A stretch of DNA of 64,000 nt from Perna viridis (taxonomy: Eukaryota). A program made the translations under genes and the position numbers. Each line of letters begins with the position of its first letter. Position 1 is the stretch's first letter. Positions 1-10,789 of the stretch are shown here, one piece after another. The notes below the pieces were generated by a model that was not told the origin of the DNA, did not search any database, and saw only the letters and a program-made list of their open reading frames with translations. The stretch is taken from assembly GCA_037379345.1 (NCBI GenBank), contig CM074520.1, positions 13,309,488 through 13,373,487 on the forward strand. The letters run 5' to 3'.

Positions 1-932
1 TGCAAACAATTTTCCTTGGAAGGCATATCTGAAAGTAATATTGTGTTCAGGATCAGACGAACAAAACTCTCAATTGCAAAGTCACTTGTTCATAAAAGAT
101 GATGAACCGATGGATTCTCTATCTTTAAATTCAGGATTTGTCAACAGATATGAATATACGAAACTATCTAGAACATTTGAATTAGAAGGGAGTCTGATGG
201 AAGACGTTTTAAATCTGGACAAATATTTAATCAATGCAGTAGATATCTACATGAAGTTATTTAGATCTAGTATTCCTTTTCTGTTGATGTCTGGAGAAAG
301 CACTCCCAATTATAAAGTGAAGTTATTAGATGTGGCCTTTAAGACAGCAAGAGTTAAACTCGATCCAGGAGTTATTTTAAACCATAGTCAACAGATCAAA
401 GAAACACCTGCCACATACGTGATAAATAGAAGTAATGTTTCACAGAACATTATACCAAATGGTGCAAGTGACTTTTATTGGGACTCCATGTTTCCAAAGG
501 CTTTACCTTCGAAAGTAGTGTTTGGACTAATTTCACAGAAAGCAGCAAACGGAGATTACACTGCCAATCCCTTTAATTTTCAACACTTCAATTTATCCGA
601 AGTGAGTTTGAAAGTGAACGGAGTTGACATATATGGATCCCCTTTAAAATTAGATTTTGGAAACAACAGAAATTACGCGGAAGCATATGTTAGACTATTT
701 GAAATTTGCTGTCAGGAATGACTTTAGAAAAGGGTTTACTTTATTGGCATTTTCGTTAAATCCTTCCGATTTTGGAGAGGAATTTTTAGACCTAGTCAGA
801 AACGGGTATGCCAGATTGGAAATGACATTCAGTCAAGCGACAACAGACGTAATAAATTGTCTGTGTTTTTATCAGTCACAAGCCATTTTGACGTGTAACG
901 AAGCAAGAGACATCAAATTAATAGAGCCATGA
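1..932 (+). pseudogene. Polinton major capsid protein (double jelly-roll/hexon-like), 5' end outside window, frameshifted near 705-720
   Basis: ORFs 41-721 and 657-932 together give motifs LPSKVVFGL..AANGDYTANPFNFQHFNL..LKVNG and DFRKGFTLLAFSLNP..GYARLEMTF, typical of Polinton MCP. The stop overlaps the protease start (ATGA at 929-932). Confidence 0.85.
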
Positions 933-1396
933 ATACAGATGAATTGAGAAGGGTCATTTCATCACTCCATTGTCTAAATAAATGTCACGTGGAAATATGC
1001 GCATTAAATACATTACCCAAGACCACCACGAATCGGTATCCGCAGGTTTATATTATCAACACAGATCCCATACCTTTACCTGGAGAACATTGGATTTGCG
1101 TTCTAATGTTAGATACAATGTCATCAGAATATTTCGACAGTCTCGGTAAACCAGCGGAATTCTACGGTGATAGTATTCAAAACTTTATTTCAGAAAATAG
1201 TAAAAGATGCTTTTACATTTTACAGTCGTTACAGGATCCAAACTCAGATGTGTGTGGCCAGTATGTGCTATTTTTCATTTTGATGAGGGTGTGCCTTTCA
1301 GTTTCTATGAAGAAAATGTATGAAATGTTTGGAGATAATCTCAAAGACAACGACTATTTTATGACGTCATATTTAAGTGATCTGTTGAAGGCATAA
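929..1396 (+). CDS. Adenain-like (adenovirus-type) cysteine maturation protease
   Basis: YIINTDP..PGEHW (His), YFDSLG (Asp), LQ...SDVCGQY (Gln/Cys); intact 155-aa ORF. Confidence 0.92.
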   Translation: MNTDELRRVISSLHCLNKCHVEICALNTLPKTTTNRYPQVYIINTDPIPLPGEHWICVLMLDTMSSEYFDSLGKPAEFYGDSIQNFISENSKRCFYILQSLQDPNSDVCGQYVLFFILMRVCLSVSMKKMYEMFGDNLKDNDYFMTSYLSDLLKA

Positions 1397-1445
1397 AAAA
1401 GGGAAAGTAACTAGTGAAAAAAAACTTTTGATTCTAAGGACGCAT

Positions 1446-2083
1446 ATGAGAATGGAAGACACCACTGACAAAATTCTGCTGCCATTTAACTCTCCGACGA
1501 CCATTGCAGTTATTGGTCCAACACAATCGGGCAAATCGAGGTTGACAAAGAGACTCGTAGAAAATGCATCCAAAATGTTCACAGAAACACTGGAAAATAT
1601 TTTGTATGCATATTCTGAATATCAACCACTATTTGACGACATGAAACATATTCACAATCTAACATTTCACGAAGGTCTTCCCGATAAGCAGAAAATTGAA
1701 GACTTTACATCTAATGATAAACATACATTGATAATATTGGACGATTTGATATCTGAAATAGTACAGTCACAGTCACAAGTCATCATAGAAGGGCTTCTGT
1801 GGTACTAATTTCACAGTCATTGTATCCACCAGGGAGATACGTTAAAAGTAATTTTGTTTTGTTTCGTAACCCTAGAGATGCTAGACAAATAGTAACGTTT
1901 GCGTCTCAAATCCTTCCGGGACAAAGTAGATACTTTACAGATAGCTACAATAAAGCTACACGAGATAAATACGGATATATACTAGTAGACATATCTCCAC
2001 ACAGAGGGCAAGAAGAACGACAGTTTATGTTAAGAACTGGAATATTTCCTGGCGATACCTGTACAGTATATAAACCATTATAA
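1446..2083 (+). pseudogene. A32/FtsK-like genome-packaging ATPase, frameshifted near 1770-1780
   Basis: Walker A GPTQSGKS and Walker B LIILDDL. After the frameshift the other frame reads SHHRRASVVLISQSLY..LFRNPRD..YGYILVD..LRTGIFP. Confidence 0.9.
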
Positions 2084-2122
2084 AAGAAGAGGTCAACGAG
2101 AAAATAAATCATTTGCTGTGGG

Positions 2123-2434
2123 ATGAGTAGACGGATGAGGTCACATTCCTCATTCTTAAAACTGTTGTATCAAACGACCGAAAACCAACGGAAGGCAATT
2201 ATAGCGACTCTGTCGACAGAACAGTTGGAAGTACTTTCAGAAATAGCTTTAAACATATATAAAGGTGTATTTCCGAATAAGCAATCGTACATAAAAGCTT
2301 TGAAACCCTTTAAGAGAAGTGTGCTTCGACTAGGAGACAAAACCATAAACAATTCGGAGAAAAAAAGACTATTGCTGAAAAGAAGGCATTTTTTACCCAA
2401 GTTATTGAAACCCGTTATAGAAATACTGAAATGA
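2123..2434 (+). CDS. Small basic Polinton ORF, unknown function (possibly a virion core protein)
   Basis: LKLL..QRKAII..EQLEVLSEIALNIYKG..KKRLLLK resembles a small ORF that recurs in Polintons. TATAAAAG lies at 2079-2086, about 40 bp upstream. Confidence 0.65.
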   Translation: MSRRMRSHSSFLKLLYQTTENQRKAIIATLSTEQLEVLSEIALNIYKGVFPNKQSYIKALKPFKRSVLRLGDKTINNSEKKRLLLKRRHFLPKLLKPVIEILK

Positions 2435-2437
2435 ACC

Positions 2438-2740
2438 ATGTCTAAAGAATTTGTATTACTACCTAAACAACAGTACAAAGATATGGTGTCCACTACATCC
2501 GCGGAGTCCGTTGAGACAGAGGACAAGGGAATACAAACAGAAAATTTGAACGTTTTTTGTCAAGAAGGAAAAGGTCTTGTTGTTCAGGCAGAACATGAGG
2601 GAGAAATACCTGGTATACTCGACAAACCTCCAGTCAAGAAGAGAAAAAATAGGAACAGTATTCGTTGGATAATGTTTTTATTTAACACATTTGACAATGA
2701 GATTATCCCGTGTGATTTTGTTAATAATACATCAGGTTGA
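2438..2740 (+). CDS. Small hypothetical Polinton ORF (3' end uncertain)
   Basis: Starts 3 bp after the previous stop; MSKEFVLLPKQQY N-terminus and a basic PPVKKRK patch. Confidence 0.45.
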   Translation: MSKEFVLLPKQQYKDMVSTTSAESVETEDKGIQTENLNVFCQEGKGLVVQAEHEGEIPGILDKPPVKKRKNRNSIRWIMFLFNTFDNEIIPCDFVNNTSG

Positions 2741-4085
2741 ACAGAAAAAAAAATAAGTATTTATAGTTATCTATCTTTGATCTGACAAAAATAAGACATT
2801 TCTTATTAAATTATTTTAATATCGGTAAGGTACAGTAGGAAAATCGTTTAATAAACGTCTCTTTGTGTACACCATTTTAAATTCTTTGTCTATGATCCTG
2901 TTATAGAGTTTTCTCTTTGTAGCGATCCGCGATATTTTTCGAGGATTAGTTGTCTTTATCGTCTCAATGTTATCTTTGTTTAAGATGATTTCTTTGATAC
3001 TCGATAGATTGATCAATTGTACGTTGGTCCAATTCAAAGTGAAGCCTCGGACCTTGCATACCTCTTTGCCGGCAGCCGTTCTATATGCATAAGATTTAGG
3101 ACCAGAGGAGACGAACGTTTTAATATGTCCATCTTGGGGAGAAATTTCACTAGTGAGTTCACCAAGGTAATTACCTACAGGAAGACGTTGTACTAGTTTA
3201 TTGTTAACATCGTGAAATATGATGGAATCCGTATCCACATAAAGTGCATTTTTCTGTGTGACATCGAGCAACTCGTACAATTTCATTCTGGCGTAAGCCG
3301 TGGTAAAACTGGCAATAAAAATGTTGGTTTTGTAGTCAAAAGGTAAGAAGACTGGATCGTCGAAATATTCCAGCTGTATGATATCTTTACTAACGATATG
3401 GAAATCTTGAATGTCCTTTCTAGTGTCTGAAAGTAACTGGAAAAATTTGTCGACCTCATTTTCATATAGTAACGATGTCTGTTTCATATTCAAACGCTGT
3501 CCGAATTTTCCCCAAAAACAGTTTAAGCATATTTTCGCCAGACTGCGAAGTCCTGGATTTTCTCTAATGGAAGTGAAATCGAGTTTTATTTCTTCATTTT
3601 GTGCATAATTAATGATGTCATTTTGTTTTTCACTATCGGTGTTACAATTAAAAGGAAAACCTGAAGCCTCTTGTTTTATTTTCAAGAACACATTAACGAA
3701 TTCCGTAAAAAGTCCTCCTTTTCCCGTAGATCTGTCATAGTGACTCGTTTCATCAAAATGGTAAACTTCGTAAATTTTAACGAGTCTGTAACCTTTTCAA
3801 CGGGCTAACTGAATTTCTGGAGTACACCAGGTTCCCTTTAGTATTCTTTCCGTATCATTACAAGTACAGTCTTTTTCGTTTTCGGTGTCTGCACACGTTC
3901 GACACAGCGGAAATTTTAATTTTCCGTTCGATAAATACGGAAGAACGGGGTGATATAGTTGACGAGGTGCTAGAATGCTCACTTTTGCTATACCCATATA
4001 ATTAAAAATAGTCTTGAAATCAGACATGATGATGGTTGGATGTCCTATCGGATACTTGGAATACTTGTTCACGCTAGGATACAAA

Positions 4086-4280
4086 CTGCAAAAAAAAAAT
4101 CAAAAGACTAAGTCTTTTGGGGGAAAAAAGAGATATTACTCGTTAACCTATACTTTTAATCTTACAATGTTGAATTGAAATTTCCTCCTGCAAAGCTCTT
4201 TTTATTGTTATTAAACTTTTTTTTAATTTATCTACACCCATGAGACAAAATTTCATGTTATATATTTTTTTATATATTAC
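4086..4280 (-). other. Spliceosomal intron 2 of pPolB (195 bp, phase 2)
   Basis: Donor AG/GTAATA and acceptor ttttttttttgCAG/T; splicing restores YYDFTSLYPSVN. Confidence 0.92.
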
Positions 4281-4617
4281 CTAGTGAAGTCGTAATATTC
4301 GATGGTTTCTCCTGGTTCCGTGGTTTCGTGAAACAATTTGATGGCGTTGGTGCGTCCACCAAAGAAACTATCTCTGGGGTCTAATCTATCAACAATATCG
4401 AGAGAAGACACGTAATCTCTCATGGATGTGTCGACTTTCAGCTGATGGTAGAACTCGTGCTCCCAGATATTCTTGTAGTGGAAACCTAGGGCCAACAAGT
4501 CGGCTTCCTTTTTCTTGGTCATGTAGTAGAGTTCGTTCATCGAATGTTTTGTAACGGGGTGGGTCGTTGTCCTGCGATCTTGCGGGAAACACGTCAGACA
4601 TCCATGAAAGACACATC

Positions 4618-4680
4618 CTTTTAAAATAAATAATATTATATATATTTTATAAACTTATAAATATGTATTATATATTATTA

Positions 4681-4731
<51 letters not shown>

Positions 4732-4756
4732 TAAAAAAATTAAAAAAAAAACTCAC
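4618..4756 (-). other. Spliceosomal intron 1 of pPolB (139 bp, phase 1, contains a (TA)n microsatellite)
   Basis: Donor G/GTGAGT and acceptor tttattttaaAAG/GA; splicing restores AYEFLG-CVFHGCLTCFP. Confidence 0.88.
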
Positions 4757-7700
4757 CCAGGAACTCGTAGGCGGTCTTTGTGGCCTCGTCGTACCCGTCC
4801 AGCCTGTACCTCGATCCGGGGACCCGGTACTATCTGCCGTTCAGGGCGTGGCGTATTCGTAGGGACTGATCGGTCGAAGACCACATGATCCACTCCAGCC
4901 ACTGGATGGACGCTTTGCTGAAGTTATCCCTGGCGGTGTACCCTTCGGACGGAACGATGCCTATGGGGCTCTTGACGAAGATGCGTTTTCCTATCTTGTA
5001 CTTTTCGGTATCCGGAGATGACGATTGAATCCATTCGCCGTTGGACAACAAAACTCCCCATTTGTCTTCGACGAATCTGGTTGGACGACTGGTCCACTCT
5101 TTCGTGTCCAGATCGAGAACTTTAGTTTCGTAGGTTTCGTCGAGAAACACATGGCGGTAGATTCCCTGACACACTGAGGCAATGGTCACGTAATCGAAAG
5201 GGTCTACTCCCGGTGATCCGTCTTTAGCAGTGACTTCCATCATGAGCCGTCGAAATTTCATGCATCCTCGGCGCAGGATGTCTACGTCGGAAACACAGTA
5301 TGCATATATTTCCCTTTGGAAATCGAAAATCTCGTCTCGTTTGGTGTCGTGCCATGTTAAAAAAATGTCTCTGTCTTCCGATGACATGTAATCGCACCCG
5401 TAAAACGTCACATCGGGGTATTGACCGACGTACGTCTGGTTTTCCTTCCTATTGAACAGATGGGGAAAATATCCCTTGCAAAGTTCCTTCAACTCGAAAC
5501 ATTTTGGTATTTTCGACAGTGGCATACCTATAAAATTGATGGAATCCAAAAATGTGAGACCGATACCCTTTTCAATTTTCATGTACATGATTTTCGAGCC
5601 GTCGTAGAGAATTTTGTGAGGTTTGATGGAGTGGTGGTCGATCATCGTATTCAGGATAGGGTAATTGTCGAATGCCTTGGCGTTGTGTGCGATTAGAACG
5701 GTATTTCTATAATAAGGAGTCAATATGTGATCGCAGAAATCTATGATGGCCCTGTCACCTTTGAATACTCTCTGTCTGTACCCGCAACGATCTGTACAAG
5801 GAGGAAGGAACGAGTCTTTTCGTAACGTTCGACAGACACTGCATCGACTTCCACATGTATCACAATGCGAATTCATGTTTAATTCGTCGTTCAAACAATT
5901 GTCACACGTGGACTGGAGCACCGCAAAATTGACCTTGTGTTCTTCCAGACCACAGTGGGGTTCGTTACTGTTCGTACAAAGTCTACATTTGTTACATCTA
6001 TTTTCTGACGTACAGCCTTTACAAGGCACATCGGGTGCATAAACTTCCGTACAATGTTCTTTCAGACTACAATGGGATTCATTACAGTTTGTACATCTAG
6101 ACTCTGACGTACAGCCTTTACAAGGGACATCGGGTATGTAACTTTCCTCACAAGACATTAATTCGTTTTGTGTCGTCTCGAAATCGTAGAAAAAGAACTT
6201 TCTCGGTGCCTTTTTAACGTTTTCGGCCGTGAAGCGTCTACGTTGATAGCACAGATGTTGATCCGTGTACTATTCGAAGCAGCTTTTACATTTCCATTCG
6301 CCGCACACGTGATCCTCGGGCTTTCTTTTTTCTCTTTCCAGCACCTTTCTACATCGTTTGCATTGGTATACTTTTTCGCACAGTGACTTTTCGACTTCTT
6401 GTCCCTTCTTGTTTTGTCTCTCCATGTGTTTCTCATAACAGTCGAGTGAACGACAAGTTCGATTACAAAATTTACAACTCCTTTTGATGTCTTTCAGGCA
6501 AGGATTTCGACAACAAACGTTACAGGTCGTTTCGCAAGAATGGCGTCCTTTATTCTTGTAAGGTTTAAGACAGGTTTCGCAAAAGTATCCGTATGCGAAA
6601 AACCCATTGATGCTTCCGATGCGGTCGAAATGTCCACCCGATTCTCCTTCGGTCATATACAGATAAATGTTCTGGCGTGTGACATTGTTAGCTACGCGGC
6701 AAAACTTATTCCCCATTTTGGCAGACAAGACGAGGATGTTGATGTTTAATAAATTTTCAAAAGCAGTTATATCCGTTAAACCGAGGGCCCTGTCAATCGG
6801 AAGCGAGGCTTCTCGGCATAGAGTGATGGCCATGTTTTTGCTATAGCGTTTCGCGGACCTATCACCCACATGCTTGTAAAAACTTTTCGTCGTCGCTCGG
6901 TGTTTGATCGCTTTCATCGTGGAATTCATCGAAGGTCCGTCGTTTTGTGTTATCTTTTTCCATTCGTCTAACGGCACTTTTCTGCAAAGTTTCAAAAAAC
7001 ATCTGCCGATGGCCGTCGCCATGCAAAGGTGATCGTCGTTTGACACTTGTAATATTGATCGCTTGAGGGCAATCGAATTCTGTGGTCCAGACAGTCTTGT
7101 AATGTGATGTCTACCTGATCCAGTGGGTACTGATATATTCCCTATGGTGACTTGCATTTGGTCGTTTAGTGGAAGATTTTCTTCGCTATTCAATACCCAT
7201 TCTATGTTTTCCATGACTGTCTTCGAGTCTAAGTTTGACCATTTTTGTAACGGTACGACGATGGCATTATTTAATTCTGGATGGGATATAATGACCCGAC
7301 CTAAATCGGTGTCTTTTCCTCTTGCCTTTGCCAATACGGTGTCAAACATGTCGTGTAGCTGTGATATGAGTGTTCGCATTTTTCGTCCTTGCCATACGTT
7401 TGTGAATTTTACTTTGTACGTACTTTCGACCGCTAAATTTTTCGCAAAGGTCTTTTCTCCGGCTTTTCTAAAGATAAAGGGCGTCTCTTTCTCGGTCGCC
7501 GCTTCCCCCTCCCATATTGAGAGGGAAAATCTAGAGGAATCGGCGGCGTCTGAACATGCGTGTTCAATTGTTCTACATCGCTTATTTCTGCTGACTCGCT
7601 CGTTGTGGGAAGTAATTTTTCCACATTGTCTGATCCATTCGTATAGAGCCGATCTTCCACCATATGGGGCATTGAATAAATGTCGTCCATATTTTCTGAC

Positions 7701-8218
7701 GTTGGATTAGAATAATCAAAATTTATCTGAGACAGTAAGGGGTCATTTTTGCATGTTTTCGGACCAAAAATCACAATTTATTTGGTGTGAGTTACTGTCA
7801 GCGTCGATGAGTTCATCTAGCCAAGTATGCATTTGTTGGTGTTGGTGTAATTCGTCCTGTAGGTCAAATCTGACATTACACCATTTACAAGTCAGAAGTT
7901 TGTTTATCCTGTCAACAACGGCTTCGTGGCATAAAACATCGTTTTCTATTGCCCATAAAGTTAACGATAGGACATCGATCTTGTGTTGATTGTTTGTTGA
8001 AAACATTTTAACGAGTCCTTGAGCGATGAGAAAAAATTACTTTTAAACATTATTTAACTTTTTAGCTGTTGAAAAATACAATTTAAAAATTGTGACTATT
8101 TTTAACTATAAAAAAAAGTTTTGGTAATGCAAAGTCCAATAACTCTGATACATGACATGTGCCCTGCAAACCAATGACAAAAAAATAAAACAAAAACTGT
8201 AATATATCATTTCTGTTG

Positions 8219-8372
8219 CAGTCTTCGCGTTATAAATTTTGGTCTACAAGCCCGATCGGTCATTTTCATAAGATTTTGTATCGACAACATTGGCTTGTTG
8301 TAGCAATTTCTACAGGCCCCAAGGATTTTCACTAGCCAGGGGCGTCGGGCTGGTGGCCAATTTCGAAGACTG
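8219..8372. mobile_element. 154-bp MITE nested in the Polinton
   Basis: Perfect 9-bp TIR CAGTCTTCG/CGAAGACTG; 6-bp TSD CTGTTG at 8213-8218 and 8373-8378. Confidence 0.8.
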
Positions 8373-8446
8373 CTGTTGCCCTTTTATTTCGTGTATATAG
8401 TTGTCTCTAAAATTTCCTATTTTTTTGTTGTTATAACTAGTTTCAG

Positions 8447-10557
8447 ATTTAAAAAAACAACGACGACACCACCCAGAACAACTGATACCAGTTCTACATT
8501 GTCAGTCACAGATGTTCCAACATCACCACCCAGAACAACTGATACTGGTTCTACATTGTCAGTCACAGATGTTCCAACAACACTGCCCAGAACAACTGAT
8601 ACCAGTTCTACATTGTCAGCCACAGATGTTCCAACAACACTACCCAGAACAACTGATACCAGTTCTACATTGTCAGTCACAGATGTTCCAACAACACCAC
8701 CCAGAACAACTGATACCACTACTACAGTGTCAGGGACGGGTGATTTTCTAGGTGATAAAACATTAACATCAAAAATTTTTAATTTGTTATCAACTGATTT
8801 TGGTTTCAAAATTTGACTCATACTGTCAAAAAGTTTTAAAAATATGCTGTCGTATGTTATTGTTATCTACTGTGATGACACGAATCAGTTGATAAAATAA
8901 AAAAAAAAATTAAATTTTTTTAAGTACTTATTATTGTTTAAAATGTTATCAGTTTTGGTGAAAGTTACAATTAAAATTTAATGTATAACACAAGTCGATA
9001 TAAAACGGATAGTTGTTACATGTGTCATGCTAACAATAAATCTTGAAATAAAACACAGACTGTCACAATACCATTTCTATCCTGTACACACACATCATCA
9101 AAGTCATTTTAAAATCTTGCCTTCAGTTGTCAGAGATTTACAGGTCTTGCATTTTTATCTCATGTATATGACAATGGTTAAATGTATCTCTAATTTTTTA
9201 TTATACATGTAACTAATTTCAGAAACAACAACACCACCAAGAACTACTGATACCAGTACTACAGTGTCTACAGTTGATGATCTAGGTACTAAATCATTAA
9301 CAACATATAGTTATAATGTGTTATCAACTGATTCTGGTTTTCAAAATTTGACCCATACATTTTCATCACCAATCACTACTATGACCACTGCTAAAGTGAA
9401 TGAAAGTGCACCATTTGATGAACTGAATACTAGTCATATTAAATTGATTAACATTTTAATACCTGTTTTCAGCGTTGTTTTGGTTATTATTTTGTTGTCA
9501 GTGATTTTTCTTAAACTCTTACCAAATACTAGAAAAAAAATTATGAGGGAAGTTTATCCATGAATAACTTAGTTACGCACAGTGATTCTGATAAGAATGG
9601 CAGTGATGATGATGATGAGATATAGAATGTTAATACCGGTTTTCATGATTGTTATGTTCATTATTTTGTTGTATATTATTTTAAAAAGATTAAAAATTAT
9701 TAAAAAAAAAAAAAAAACAAGTAAAGATTGTGATTGTATGCAAGTCATATAAACCTCCTCTTACCCACCTGTTTAATTTTTATGGCAGAAGATAGTCTTG
9801 ATGGTTGCATCTTGTTTGCCATCCCCAGAATACCCTAGATATTATTTTTTGTTAAAATCAGACATCATTTAATTTTGTTCGATTTGGTGGCCATTTTGAA
9901 TTTAAAATTATAGAAATTCAAAATTTTGATATCATAAGTTAGATTTAGAATATGCAGGAATTGGAAAAAATATTTACCAAGGGACCATTTCCCTCTTTTT
10001 TTAACCCCTGAAAAAATTAAAGGGATCTTTTCTTAAAACTCCATACCTCACCCTTTGGTGTCGGATGTTTCATAAAGAAAAACTATAAAAAGTTATTATA
10101 AATACACTGTAACTTGCCATAGTTATTAATTATATATAGTGATTCTGATAACAACAATGATGATGAAAACAATTTATAATGATATACATTATAGATAACA
10201 ATAATATTTTATCACAAATATTTTACAGCTTACATGATATGGGCAGTTATCTCGACAATTATACTTTTGTTCGGTATTCCTGTTTATATTTGGATCAGTT
10301 GTAAAAGAACTAGAAGAACTATTTACACCCGAATTCCAGTTTCACTACCACATCAGTCGTCACCATCACCTCAACATGAAGAATTACCATTCATGACACC
10401 ATCTCCTTCACCGCCACGTCTACCTCACTTTGTTTCACCTTCAACCCCTATTCCTTCACCAGAGCAGCATGAAACACCAGAACAACCGGTTTCCAGCCGA
10501 ACCCGCAGTAAAACTAAAACTAAACTACAGTTTAAAGAAGAAGAAACATCACTGTAA
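8447..10557 (+). CDS. Putative spliced mucin-like single-pass membrane protein carried inside the Polinton (exons ~8447-8751, 9223-9286, 10229-10553/10557; first exon uncertain)
   Basis: Thr/Ser/Pro 20-aa repeats (TTPPRTTDTSSTLSVTDVP), pyrimidine-rich CAG acceptors at 8446, 9222 and 10228, and phase-1-compatible donors at 8752 and 9287. TM helix IWAVISTIILLFGIPVYIWI is followed by KRTRR and a Pro/Ser-rich tail. A further GTAAGT donor sits at 10554 with an acceptor at 10643. Confidence 0.55.
8458..8735 (+). repeat. 60-bp coding tandem repeat, ~4.5 copies (mucin-like)
   Basis: CCCAGAACAACTGATACC...GTCACAGATGTTCCAACA recurs every 60 bp. Confidence 0.9.
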
Positions 10558-10789
10558 GTAAATACAAAAAAAACAATTGTCTAGGTTTTGATACATGATC
10601 AATAATTGTTGATTCAAATGTATGTTTCATTTTTATCTTACAGATATTGTTTTACATTCAGTTAATATAAACTTTACATTATATTGGTTTACATTCAGTT
10701 GATAAATTTGCATATTATGTTTTACAATTTATTTTTAATTCTGTTCAATGTTATTTAACTGTTTCACAAAAACTAGACAATATCTTTTT

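Larger units (their letters stand above)
2816..8006 (-). pseudogene. Protein-primed family B DNA polymerase (pPolB) polyprotein with 2 spliceosomal introns, 3 in-frame stops and 2 frameshifts
   Basis: Exo I FYDFET (~6175-6195), Exo II AHNAKAFD, Exo III YCVSDVDIL, motif A YDFTS/LYP (across intron), KICLNCFWGKFGQ, YVDTDS, GPKSY, KVRGF. Stops at 6270-6272, 4830-4832 and 3797-3799 are followed by in-frame homologous sequence. Frameshifts lie in homopolymers near 7748 and 7508. Confidence 0.93.

Noticed and set aside
3797-6272. Programmed readthrough or alternative genetic code at the three in-frame pPolB stops
   Set aside because: The stops are of mixed type (TAG, TAG, TGA), and the element has independent frameshifts and deletions in MCP, ATPase and integrase; ordinary decay is simpler.
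5421-7989. Plus-strand ORFs (5421-5696, 5743-6042, 6168-6386, 6540-6749, 7123-7710, 7753-7989)
   Set aside because: Antisense shadows of the pPolB coding sequence.
8417-8821. Val-rich minus-strand ORF and the alternative-frame QHHHPEQL ORF
   Set aside because: Frame and strand shadows of the 60-bp Thr-rich repeat; splice signals and the downstream TM support the + strand Thr/Ser frame.
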